A stretch of 63,937 nt of DNA, filler included, from Conidiobolus incongruus B7586 (lineage: Eukaryota): assembly GCA_000697335.1 (NCBI GenBank). It is 11 parts of 11 records of this genome, joined end to end, with 100 filler letters (N's around TTAATTAATTAA, not from the genome) between each part and the next. Parts side by side here need not be neighbours in the genome. Positions count along the whole stretch, not along the records: positions 50,659 to 53,199 come from JNEM01006681.1; positions 53,300 to 55,259 come from JNEM01006682.1; positions 55,360 to 57,947 come from JNEM01006687.1; positions 58,048 to 62,326 come from JNEM01006691.1; positions 62,427 to 63,937 come from JNEM01006730.1; 6 more parts are not named here. One strand, written 5' to 3'. The position numbers were made by a program, and so were the translations under genes. Below, piece after piece: positions 52,463 through 63,937 of the stretch; the first letter of the stretch is position 1; each line of letters starts with the position of its first letter. Under the pieces are notes generated by a model. That model was not told the DNA's origin. It ran no database searches and saw only the letters and a program-made list of their open reading frames with translations.

Positions 52463-53355
52463 TATTATTTATTAATATCTTTATTTTTTATAAAATTTTA
52501 TCAATTAATATATTAAATGGAGATATATTATTTAAATTTTAATTTAAATAGCTATTATCTTTCTTTAAAATGAATAGAAATTAAGTTTACTATTAATTAT
52601 TTTTAAATTAATAAATTTATTAAAAAAATTATTAAAATTTAAAAATAAGTGATTAAAGAATATATTAATACTAATTAATTAAATTAAAATACTTATATTA
52701 CTAACTTTAATATTTATTTAATATATTTATTAATAAGTTTACTAGTTCTAACCCTAATTTTATCAATTATAATAAATATCTTAATTTGATAATTATTTTA
52801 AAACTTTAAATCAATTTATCTTTAGATGTTATTGAATTATAATCTAATTTCAAATATATTAATTCCTTTATTAAATTTAATTTAAAATAAAATTTAAGGG
52901 TTATAGAATGATAATATTTAAAATTATTTAGAAACTCTCTTAAATATAAAATTGATATATTTATTTATTGAAAATACTCTATTTTTAAACTTACTTTTCT
53001 TAAATCTTGCTTAAATCTAAAATACTTATTACTATATTATAATCCTTATAGAATCTAATTTATTAATTTAAATTTTGAAAATATTATCTTAAAATTACTT
53101 TAACTTTAAAGATTAACTTTATTCTTTATATATTTAAAATTAAATCTTATTTTAAAAAATTTTAATATTTTTTTTAATTAATTAAAAATTTTAAAACTAN
53201 NNNNNNNNNNNNNNNNNNNNNNNNNNNNNNNNNNNNNNNNNNNTTAATTAATTAANNNNNNNNNNNNNNNNNNNNNNNNNNNNNNNNNNNNNNNNNNNNT
53301 AAGAAACTTATTAAATAAAATAATAAAAACCAAGTTTTTTAAACCTTTATATATA

Positions 53356-54918
53356 TACTAGCTTATAAAAGTAAGTTATAAAATTAAAATTACTTATATA
53401 TTTAATTATATCTTAAATATTTCTTAATTGAATAAATTTAAATTAATATATAATTTATTAACATTAGTTGATTATAACTAACTATATTTGATTATATTAT
53501 ATTAACTAATGGTTAATATATTAAAACCTAAAATTTAACTAAAATAAGTTATAAATTTACAAGTATATAAGTTAAGAGGGTATAAATAACAAAACTTATA
53601 TATATCTTCTTTTTCTTTTGTTATATTATATATATTCTAAAATTATTAAGCTAATATTTTAAAATTAATATTATAATACTTAAATCTTTTATTAAAAAAA
53701 TTAACTTATATATTAATCAACTTTATAATAAAAATAAATTAATTTGTAAAATTATTAGAATTACTAGTATTAGCTAATCTACTATAACTAGGGTTATTAA
53801 AAATAATACTAAAAAACACCTAAATTAAAAATTAAATATTTTAAGATTATAGATAAGTAAAATAAAAAATATATCTATAAATTAATTAGTATAAATAAAT
53901 ATAATATTATTATAAAAATACAACAAGAATTATAAAACTATATAAGAATATTAATTAATGATAATCTTATTATATGTATTTTATATTAGAATAGACATCA
54001 CTCATATTTTAAAAAAACACATCTAATTAAAGAAATTTTATTATAAAGTTAAGCAGAAGTTTAAAGATCAATATTAAAGTTAAATTAAAACTAATTAGAG
54101 TAAAGTTATTTAATCTGATAAAATAAAGATATATTTTAATAAATTTAATAAGAGTTAGATATTTTAAAAGAGATAAAAAATGATTTTATAACTATTATAT
54201 ATATTAAAATCTAAAAATATAATAATAGGTTAATTATAGTTTAAGGATATATATTATCTTTAGATATAGGGTATTCTTATAAGGTTAATAGGGGAAATAA
54301 TATTAAGATATATTAAAACATTTTAAATAATAAATTGAAAATAACTATTGAGTAATATAAGTTAAATAAATTAAATATTATTTTCCAACAAGATAATGCC
54401 CCTTGTTATATTATAAATTTTACTATTAAATGACTTAAAAATAACAAAATAACTATTATGAAATAGCCTCCTCAATTTTTTAATTTTAACCTAATTAAAT
54501 ATCTTTAAGATCAACAAAAAAAATTAATTAAAGCTTTTCCTCTAGCAAAAAATTTAAATTAACTTTAAAAGTATATTTAAGAAACTTAGAATAATATTAA
54601 TCCTACTTAACATAAAATGCTAATTGACTTTATACCTTATAAACTTAAAGAAGTTAGAAAAACAAAAGATAAATATATTAATTATTAAATATCTATCAAT
54701 ATTAAAACTTATAAATTTATAGCTTATTTTAAATATACTTTTAGTTTTAATATATCAATTAATAATTGATAAAATTTAACTTTATATATTATTTTATAAA
54801 TAAAAAAAATATATTAATTGCATAGTTTAATATAAGTTTATTTCAATTAAAATTGTTTTCAGATATTAATAGAAATATTTATATTTTTAATTTTATAACT
54901 TATTTTTATAGGTTAGTA
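53356..54918 (+). mobile_element. Tc1-family (DD34E, IR/DR) transposon, 1563 bp, hypermutated
   Basis: TIRs with TA flanks. KVI*SDK (KVIWSDE); IIFQQDNAPC-(34 aa)-K*PPQFFNFNLIK (WPPQSPDLNPIE with E>K). Confidence 0.92.
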
Positions 54919-55376
54919 TATATATTTTTTATTTAATTAATTATAAATTTATAAAATCTATATTTACTTGTATATCCAAAATAACTATATAAATAATATT
55001 AAATTATTTAATAGATTTGGTTTTTTTAACTCTTATTATTTATAATATTTTATATTATTTTTTAAGATTAAAACTATATTTTATTAATATTATAATATAT
55101 TAATACTATCTAATATAAATCTTAATATATTAGTGACTTATTTTAATTTCAAGTTTAATTAAACTTTGTTTATATTATTATATTATTCTATCATATTTTA
55201 TATTATATTACTTTATTTCAAATCTTCCTTTATAGTATACTAGTTTAAATATTATTATANNNNNNNNNNNNNNNNNNNNNNNNNNNNNNNNNNNNNNNNN
55301 NNNTTAATTAATTAANNNNNNNNNNNNNNNNNNNNNNNNNNNNNNNNNNNNNNNNNNNNAAATACTTCATCCATTC

Positions 55377-57722
55377 ATGGAAGAGTTTGTTTTATGTTAT
55401 CTGGATGACATATTGATATACAGCGACTCAGAAGAACAACATGTTCAACATGTAAAAAGAGTCCTACAAACATTAAGGGACCACAAACTATATGTAAAAT
55501 TGGAAAAGTCACAATTTCACATTGCCGAGACAGTATTTTTAGGTTTTCAAGTATCTCCTCAAGGAATATCTATAGACCCAGCAAGAATACAAGACATTTG
55601 GAATTGGAAACGTCCAACATCAATTAAAGAAGTGCAAAGCTTTTTAGGAATTGTCAATTATTCTCGTATGTTCATAAAAAGTCTAAGTGAAGTGGCATTA
55701 CCCTTGACTAAGCTCACACGAAAAAATACGAAATGGGAATGGACAATAGAACAAGAAACAGTATTTATAATCCTAAAATGGAAACTCACCACTGCTCCTA
55801 TGTTGATGTATCCAGATGTTAATACAGAATTCGTTATCCAAACAGACGCATCCAATCATGCTATCGGTGCTGCACTCCTACAAAATCGAAAACCTGTAGC
55901 ATATTTTTCGAAAAAACTAAACCCAGCAGAATTAAATTATGAAGTGTTTGATAAGGAACTCTTGGCCATAGTACGAGCCATAGAACATTGGAAACAATAT
56001 CTATTAGCCGCTTCAAAACCAACCATCATCGAAACAGATCATCGAAATTTAGAATATTTTACAACTAAGCGACAATTAACACAAAGGCAAATAAGATGGA
56101 GTATGAAACTATCCGAGTTTAACTTCAAGATTCGATATATAACAGGGTCACAAAATGGTTTAGCAGATGCCTTAAGTCGGGACCCAAGTAAGCAAACAAC
56201 AGCCGAAGAATTGATACAACTTAATCACCAAACATTATTAAAACCCGAACATTTCTTATTGATTCAGAACCAAGAATTAATTCCATATATAAAAGAAATC
56301 AAAAAGGAGAATGAAGCGAATCATCTAGCAAAACAATTAATCAGTCGAATCCGAGAAAGCAAAACAAAGAATTACAGTTATAGAGATGGAATTATATTAC
56401 ACAAAGAATTAGTAGTAGTTTTTAATAAGGAAACACGTCAAAAAATCATGAAATTGTCTCACGATCATACCACAGGGGGTCATTATGGAGCTGAGAAGAC
56501 TAAAGAATTAGTCAGCCGCCAATATCACTGGAAATCATTAAAGAAAGAGATCAGAGAGTATATACGCAGATGCCACGAATGCAATAGGAATAAAATAGCA
56601 AAAAATCAAGCTATAGGGTCCCTTAAACCGTTAGAAGCTCCATCTAAACCATTTGAAACAATATCGATGGATTTCATTACAGACATGCCCCCAGTAAAGG
56701 AACTTGATACAATATGGGTCATTACGGATCATTTTACAAAGATGACACAGTACATTCCGATCTCCAAAAAGACTAAGGCTTCAGAATTAGCCCGATTGTT
56801 CGTGGAAAATCATGTAAAACGCTTTGGCCTACCATTCAATATAATTTCTGATCGTGATAAATTATTTACATCAGCATATTGGAAAGAATTTTTATATAAA
56901 CTAAGGATAAGGCTTAAACTCTCGTCGGCTTATCACCCCCAAACGAACGGGCAAACAGAAAGAATTAATCAATGTTTAGAAACCTATTTAAGGATATTCA
57001 GTAATTTTAGTCAAAATAATTGGGTAGAATTATTACCATTAGCGGAATTCACTTTTAACAACTCTTATCATTCAGCAATTAAAACCACACCATTTAGAGC
57101 TCATGGAGGAGTTGACCCAAGCTTCATAACTACGAACAAAATAACGAGAATTCCAAGTTTAGATGAAAAAATGCAACTTATGCAAGAAACACAATCCAGA
57201 TTAGCAATTATATTACGTAAGACCAAGAAAAAATACAAAGAACACTACGATAAAAAGAACCGAAACAGGAGAGATGTGGATTACACAAACAAATGGGTAT
57301 ATTTATCAGCAAGGAACATTAAACTCAAAAGAAGAAGCAAGAAACTTTCTCACAAATACTTAGGTCCCTTCAAAGTGATACAAAAAATCAATGAAGTCAG
57401 TTTCAAACTTGCTCTTCCCCAAGGATACCGCATACATAATGTATTTCATAGTTCTCTATTAAAAGAAGCAGAAGGACCAATAGATGAACCACCAGAACAA
57501 ATCCTTACTGAAGAAGGTAGTGACGAACAGGTACATAAAATTTTGAAAACCAGAACAAATAATGGTAAAACACAAATATGCATCCAATGGAAAGGGAAAT
57601 CAGAAGAAGAAGCAGAATGGAGGGATATTCAGCCTATCACAAACAATAATCAAGATAGAGAGGATCCCATTTCCACGGAAGACGTTGACAGACAGGAATC
57701 AGAAAGAGAAGGAGGGGAATAG
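55377..57722 (+). CDS. pol: Gypsy Pol polyprotein, 5'-partial: RT C-terminus, RNase H, integrase (HHCC, DD35E, GPF) and chromodomain
   Basis: YLDDILIYS; TDASN, DKELLA, TDHRNL, ADALSR; HDHTTGGH...CHEC; SMDFIT, ISDRD, GQTERIN; YLGPFKV; VHKILKTR...IQWKG...EW. The frame is open back to the contig edge at 55360. Confidence 0.96.
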   Translation: MEEFVLCYLDDILIYSDSEEQHVQHVKRVLQTLRDHKLYVKLEKSQFHIAETVFLGFQVSPQGISIDPARIQDIWNWKRPTSIKEVQSFLGIVNYSRMFIKSLSEVALPLTKLTRKNTKWEWTIEQETVFIILKWKLTTAPMLMYPDVNTEFVIQTDASNHAIGAALLQNRKPVAYFSKKLNPAELNYEVFDKELLAIVRAIEHWKQYLLAASKPTIIETDHRNLEYFTTKRQLTQRQIRWSMKLSEFNFKIRYITGSQNGLADALSRDPSKQTTAEELIQLNHQTLLKPEHFLLIQNQELIPYIKEIKKENEANHLAKQLISRIRESKTKNYSYRDGIILHKELVVVFNKETRQKIMKLSHDHTTGGHYGAEKTKELVSRQYHWKSLKKEIREYIRRCHECNRNKIAKNQAIGSLKPLEAPSKPFETISMDFITDMPPVKELDTIWVITDHFTKMTQYIPISKKTKASELARLFVENHVKRFGLPFNIISDRDKLFTSAYWKEFLYKLRIRLKLSSAYHPQTNGQTERINQCLETYLRIFSNFSQNNWVELLPLAEFTFNNSYHSAIKTTPFRAHGGVDPSFITTNKITRIPSLDEKMQLMQETQSRLAIILRKTKKKYKEHYDKKNRNRRDVDYTNKWVYLSARNIKLKRRSKKLSHKYLGPFKVIQKINEVSFKLALPQGYRIHNVFHSSLLKEAEGPIDEPPEQILTEEGSDEQVHKILKTRTNNGKTQICIQWKGKSEEEAEWRDIQPITNNNQDREDPISTEDVDRQESEREGGE

Positions 57723-57947
57723 TGTCACGAGTCAACGTGACATTACCTAAAATAGGATATAATAGCAACATTTAAAGTTCCACTTCCCTTGAAATAATCA
57801 CTACAAGACAAAAGGACAAAGAAGACAAAGAAGACAAAGAAGGCCAAAAGAAGTATAAGAGAATACATCAGAATAGCTAGATGAGCTATTCTGGTCATTC
57901 CTTTAACAGATCTAATAATTAATAAATAAGTTCCTCAGAGTTATAAT
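57723..57947 (+). repeat. 3' LTR (partial) of the intact chromovirus, containing 9-bp GACAAAGAA tandem repeats
   Basis: TG start immediately after the PPT and stop codon; repeats at ~57805-57853; truncated by a gap. Confidence 0.85.
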
Positions 57948-58336
57948 NNNNNNNNNNNNNNNNNNNNNNNNNNNNNNNNNNNNNNNNNNNNTTAATTAAT
58001 TAANNNNNNNNNNNNNNNNNNNNNNNNNNNNNNNNNNNNNNNNNNNNAATAATTTTATATTTAAAAAGAATTAGAAAGAATTACCAAATTTAATATATTT
58101 CTTAAATTAAATTCCATATAATTATAATTACTTCAGATTATTCAAAAATCAATTTATAAGAAAGAAAATTTTTATAAAATATATAAGTATTATGATAATT
58201 GCTAATTAATTAATATTATTCCTTATTTTAATTCACTATTAAAGATTTAATTTTCTAAATTAAAATTTATAAACATTTTATAAATCTATATTTAAATAAA
58301 CTCACTATTATTTAACTATATATATTTATGTTTATA

Positions 58337-59904
58337 CACTAGCCTGCAAAAGTGAGTCATAAAATTAAAAATATATACATTTTTATTAATATCTTAATCA
58401 ATACTAATTTAAATAAACTTATATTAAATTATGTAATTAATATATATTTTTTATTTATAATATAATATATATAGTTAAATTTAATTAATTATTAATTGAT
58501 ATATTAACACTAAAATATACTTAAGGTGAGTTATAAATTTGCAGGTTTTAGTATTGATAGAAAAATTATTATTTAGTATATCTACCTTTTGCTTTTCTAA
58601 CTTCTTTAAGTTTGTAGGGTATAGAGTCAACTAGCTTTTTATATTAAGTAGGACTAATATTATTCTAAGCTTTTTTAATATACTCCCAAAGTTAATCTAA
58701 ATTTTTTATTGGGGGGAAAGCTTTAATTGATTTTTTTAGTTGATCCCAAAGATATTTAATTAGGTTAAGATTAGGAGATTAAGGAGGTTATTTTATAATA
58801 GTTATTTTGTTATTTTTAAGTTATTTAATAGTAGAATTTATAGTATAGCAAGGTGTATTATCTTGTTAGAAAATAATATTTGATTTTTTTAATCTATACT
58901 ACTAAATAGTTTTTTTCAATTTAATATTTAAAATATTTTAATACATCTCAGTATTAATTCCCTTATCAACCTTACAAAGATACCTTACACCTAAAGATAA
59001 TATATATCCCTAAACTATAATTAACCCACTATTGTATTTTTAGGTTGTAATAACATAATAGTCATAAAGTAGTTTTTTATCTTTTTTGAAATATCTAGCT
59101 TTTCTATTAAATTTATTAAAATATATCTTTGTTTCATTAGATTAAATAACCTTACTCTAGTTAGTTTTAGTTCAACTTTGGTGTTGACATTTAAACTCCC
59201 ACCTAGTTTTATAGTAGGACTTCTTTAGTTGGGGGTGTTTTTTCTTAAGATATAAGTGATATCTATTCTAATATAAAACATATATAATAGTATCAGTACT
59301 AACTAATATTCTTGTATAATTTTATAATTCTTGTTATACTTTTACAGTAGTATTATATTTACTTGTACTAACTAATCTATAAATATACTTTTCATCATGT
59401 TTATCTATAATCCTAATACACTTAAGTTTTAGTTTAAGTGTTTTTTTAGCATTGTTCTTAATAACCTTAACTATAGTAGATTAGCTAACACTAGTAATTC
59501 TAACAATCTCACAAGTTGATTTATTTTTATTATAAAGTTGATTAATACATAAGTAAACTTTTTTAGAGAGAGGTTTAGGTATTATAATATTAATTTTAAA
59601 ATATTAGCTTAATAGTTTTATAATATATATAATACAACAAAAGAAAAAGAAGATATATATAAGTTTTGTTATTTATACCCTTTTAACTTATAAACCCACA
59701 GATTTATAACTCACCTTGGTTAAATTTTAGGTTTTGATATATTAACCAATAGCTAATATAATATAATCAAATATAGTTAGTTATAATCAATTAATATAGG
59801 TAAATTATATATTTTAATTTAAATTTATTTAATTAGGAATTGTTTAAGATATAAGTAAATATTTAAGTAATTTTGATTTTATAACTTACTTTTGCAAGCT
59901 AGTG
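58337..59904 (-). mobile_element. Tc1-family (DD34E, IR/DR) transposon, 1568 bp; best-preserved copy
   Basis: TA|CACTAGCCTGCAAAAGTGAGTCATAAAAT ... ATTTTATAACTTACTTTTGCAAGCTAGTG|TA. The relic ORF starts ~59582 (ATG>ATA): PKPLSKKVYLCINQL...STCEIVRITSVS*STI (paired-type HTH), KVI*SNETK. Confidence 0.93.
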
Positions 59905-60388
59905 TATATTTCACTAAATTATAAACAAAACTCAGATTTTCTTTTTTTCTTTTGTTCTCTTTAATATTACTTGCTTATATAAATAAACCTGTTTATTTAA
60001 CTATTAATATATTTCTTATTATTATTAATTAATACCAAAATATTATATGATTTAATTATTAAATTTCTCTTAAAATATTAAGAGATCTGCTTTTTCTATC
60101 TTTAACTATTGTTATTTATTTAAATAGTAGTAGTGATTATAAAGATCTAAAAATACTTTTAATATTATAATTAAAGATTTTATAATTATAACCTTTTATT
60201 CTATATATAATTAAAATAAAATGAATATTTAAAATTTTAATAACAATAATTATTATTTTATTAATTGGTAAGATTTCATTAATATTAATGATACTTTTAC
60301 TAAGTATAGACTAAAACTAAAATAAACTTAATAGATCAACTATATATAATAAATGATAATTATAATAAATAGTTATAAAGCCTTATTA

Positions 60389-61681
60389 TTACTTTATAAT
60401 TTAAATAATGGGAATTTTTTGTAATTGAAAAAAATAAACATTTTAAAATATAAAATATAAAAATAAATATAAATTATAAAATTAATAATTTTTTTTATTT
60501 CTAATGACTTTTTGCAATACTTTTAATAAAGATCTAACACCTAAAAAATAGTTTTTTTATTAAAAACTAAAATTTAATATTTTACAAACCAATTAAATTT
60601 TTCTGTGGAAATTTTCTTTTTTGTAAGCTGGTTTTTTAATTACCTAAAATTATTATAATCACATAGGTTATAATCTAAGGAATATACTAGATATGGTAGT
60701 TTTTTCCTGTTATTTTTTATTAAAAAGTTTTTTACAACTTTAAATTTATGTATTTTATAACTATCATGTAAAATAATAAGTTTTCTCAAATTATAATAAA
60801 AATACCAAATAGAAATAATTTTATTTAAAATAATATAAAGTTTATTATTAATTAATTTTCCTTTAAGAACTAAATAAGCATAGTATATGCTATTATAATC
60901 TATTATAACAATTAATATTCATATATCAACAAAGTGTTTATTTAAAAAAATTTGTGGAGGGGTGGATTTAATTTAATCTAACACTTTGATTTATATTTTA
61001 GTAAAATATTATACAAACAAATTTTAAATTCATCAATTGTAATAATTTACTGTAAAAGCTTTGGTTTCTGGTTATACCTTAGTAAGTTTTATTTAACAAT
61101 AGCTACTCTAGCTTTTTTTAAGCTTTAGTTAAATTATAAGGTACCCATTTTATATTTTTATTAATTAATTTTAATTTAAACTTTAATATATATATTATAC
61201 TTATATAACTAATATTAAAAAATCTTAATAATTCTTTAGCTAAAATAAAAAGATACTTTTCAATATAATTTTTCATTATATTAATAATTAAAAAAGTAAC
61301 AGTTAAAGTTAGTCTTTTAGATTTTGATAGGTTTTGGATAGTTTCTATTTTATCCTTAAAGTAATTTATCTAGTGATAAATTATTAATTTAGATAATATT
61401 TTATTACCAAAAGCTATTTGTAAATTTTAAATAATTTTAGAGGGTTTTTAGTTAAGTTTTACTAATATTAAAATAAACTTTTGATGGTTATTATTTAGTT
61501 TGAATATGATTAAATAAAACTATCAATTTTAAAAAATTAATTTTTTAATCAAAAAAATATAATATATAATTCAAAATTATTTGTTTTCCTATTTGTTTTG
61601 TATAAATTTTTTTTTGAAAATAATAATATATTTAAAAAATCAGAAATTAAAAAATTTCCCATTTCTTTAATTCTATGGTAA
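60389..61681 (-). mobile_element. mariner (DD34D) transposon, subfamily A, 1293 bp, hypermutated
   Basis: Reverse complement of the 2687-3996 type; TA TSDs at 60387-88 and 61682-83; KWVPYNL at ~61140. Confidence 0.93.
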
Positions 61682-61683
61682 TA

Positions 61684-62326
61684 TTTACTTTAAAAGATTT
61701 TAATAAAGTTAAGTTATTTATAAATAATTTAACTATTTATAATAGCTTGAAATCTTTTGAAAAATTAGAAGAATTTTTAAATAAACTAACTAAATTCTTT
61801 GAAAGAATTGAAACTTTAGATTTATATTATTTAGTAAAAATTTCAGCTTTCAAATTAACTATTTATACTAAACTCTAATAATATAAATATTTAAAAGACA
61901 TATTTAATCTTATTAGTGGTAATTTTTATTTTAATAAAATCTAAATATTTAACTAACTCAAATAAATAATGAAATAAAGGTTTTACCTATTAGATATAGT
62001 TACTTTATTTTAAAATAAATTAGCAAAATTTATTTATATATCATTAGTTAAAAATTTTAAAAAAAATTTACTTAAATTAAAGGTTCTTAATTTATTAAAA
62101 AATGAAAAAAATAGGCTTAAGGAAAAACTCAAAATTAATATTGTTATAATTATTTATTTTAAGTTTATTATGAAAATAGCTAGTTTTATTATTTTAACTA
62201 AAATAACTATTAAGATAAAAAATGATTAGAATTAAATTAAAGGAATAAATAAAAGTTTTTATATGAGATTTAATAGTTCCTTATTTAAATTATTTAATTT
62301 TTAATATTATAGATATATCTATAATA
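61684..62326 (+). mobile_element. Hypermutated retrotransposon gag relic, host of the 60389-61681 mariner
   Basis: LTIYNSLKSFEKLEEFL...VKISAFKLTIYTKL**...FN*LK*IMK*RFLP resembles Ty3-type gag (..AFKL.G.A.LWW...QLKQ.M.QRFLP) with W>stop and Q>stop changes. Confidence 0.55.
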
Positions 62327-62582
62327 NNNNNNNNNNNNNNNNNNNNNNNNNNNNNNNNNNNNNNNNNNNNTTAATTAATTAANNNNNNNNNNNNNNNNNN
62401 NNNNNNNNNNNNNNNNNNNNNNNNNNTTATTAAAATAATTTTTAATTGAATATTGGAGTTTAAATCTAATATTATCTGAATTAAATAATAGTTATCAATA
62501 ATCTTATTATAATTATATTAAAATTTAATGTTAAACCTTTGAAAATAATCTGAAATTATTTTAAAAACTAATAATAATAATA

Positions 62583-63897
62583 TTTCCTTAAATTTGGAAC
62601 AATGCGAAATTTTTTAATTTTTGATTTTTCAAATATATTATTAGTTTAAAATAAATAAATATATTCAAATTAATAGGATATTATATATTTTAAATATATG
62701 AATAAATATATATAATAATTTTTTTAATTAAAAAATTAACTTTTTAAAATTTGTTACATAATTTAATTATATTTATAATTAAATAATAATCATTAAAAGT
62801 CTTTTATTTTAATATCAATTAAACTTAACTATAAGCTTTTTAAAATTTTTTAAAATTTTCAAGTAACTTTTAGTAATGAAGTATTATTTAGATTAACAAT
62901 TTATTATTAGATAAATTACTTTAAAGTTAAGAAAAAAACTATCCAAAACTTATTAAAATTTAAAAGATTAACTTCAACTATTACTTTTGTAATTATTGTT
63001 AGAATAAAAAAATATATTAAAAAGCACCTTTTTATTTTAGTAAATGAATTATTTAAATATTTTAAGATTAGTCATTTTAGTATTTTATATATATTAAAGT
63101 CTAAACTCAAATTAATATATAAAAATATAAAATGGGTATCTTATAATTTAACTAAAGTTTAAAAAAAAAAGCTAAAGTAGTTATTATTAAACAAAACTTA
63201 TTAAAATATTACTAGAAGCCTAAACTTTTACAATAAATAATTACAATTAATAAATCTTAAATTTTTATATATAATCCTTTATCAAAACACAAATTAAAAT
63301 ACTAAACTAAGTTAAATCAACCCCTTTTACAAATCCTTTTAAATAAGCATTTTATTGATAAATAAATATTAATAATTATAATAGATTATAATATTATAAG
63401 TTACTTTTATTTAGTTCCTGAAGGAATGTTAATTAATAGTAAGCTTTATATTATTTTTTTAAATAAAATATTTCTAATTAGTGTTTTTAATATAATTTGA
63501 GTAAACTTATTATTTTGTATAATAATTGCAAAATATATAAATCTAAAGTTATAAAAATCTTTCTAATTAAAAATAACTAGAAAAACTACCATATCTAGTA
63601 TATTCCATAGATTATAACTTACATGATTATAATTGCTTTAGGTAATTAAAAAACTAGCTTATAGGAAGGAAAATTCCTATAAAAAATTTTAATTAGTTCA
63701 TAAAATATCAAATTTCAGTCTTTAATAAAAATGGCTATTTTTTAGATATTAGAAATTTGTTAAAAATATAGCAAAAAGTTATTAATAATAAAAGAAACTA
63801 TTAAAATATATATTATATATTTATTTTTATATATTATATAATATATGTTTATTTATTTTTAATTTCAAAAATTCCTATAATTAAAAATACAAAGTAA
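62583..63897 (+). mobile_element. mariner (DD34D) transposon, subfamily B-like, 1315 bp, hypermutated
   Basis: TA flanks; 3' TIR AAAAATTCCTATAATTAAAAATACAAAGTAA; KWVSYNLT; YSIDYNLHDY. Confidence 0.9.
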
Positions 63898-63937
63898 TAT
63901 TTTATTTCTATTTAATATTTATTTTTAGATTTATTAT

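Larger units (their letters stand above)
55360..57947 (+). mobile_element. Near-intact Ty3/gypsy chromovirus, 3' half (contig-bounded on both sides)
   Basis: Open pol frame, PPT AGAAGGAGGGGAATAG and 3' LTR starting TGTCAC at 57723; retains many CpG. Confidence 0.95.

Noticed and set aside
33154..63937. Fanzor/TnpB, Helitron or other nuclease cargo within the transposon field
   Set aside because: I found no RuvC/zinc-finger or Rep/helicase motifs. Heavy mutation limits sensitivity, so a profile search is needed to exclude them fully.

Overview
Eukaryotic (fungal) genomic DNA, very AT-rich, made of 11 contigs joined by ten artificial 100-bp spacers (44 N + TTAATTAATTAA + 44 N). Gene content, 53-66-nt introns and base composition suggest an early-diverging, non-Dikarya fungus (Conidiobolus/Entomophthorales-like); this is inference only. 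A gene-bearing core (about 5-33 kb) encodes a Vsb1-like SLC26/STAS/cNMP-domain transporter, FRG1, a 3-exon tail-anchored coiled-coil protein, Prp22/DHX8, a candidate 45-aa microprotein, a divergent 4-exon aspartokinase (HOM3-like) and an RNI-like LRR protein. An initiator tRNA-Met lies at 38.1 kb. The flanks (1-4 kb and most of 33-64 kb) are a graveyard of nested transposons: seven mariner (DD34D) copies in two subfamilies, four IR/DR-type Tc1 (DD34E) copies plus a terminal fragment, a third Tc1-like family, a full-length decayed Ty3/gypsy element with paired 578-bp LTRs, a gag relic, a probable solo LTR and one nearly intact chromovirus pol. The strongest signal is that the repeats are saturated with C>T/G>A transitions in several dinucleotide contexts and are almost free of CpG, while single-copy genes are spared. 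This looks like a RIP-like, repeat-directed hypermutation system in a lineage where canonical RIP is not established.
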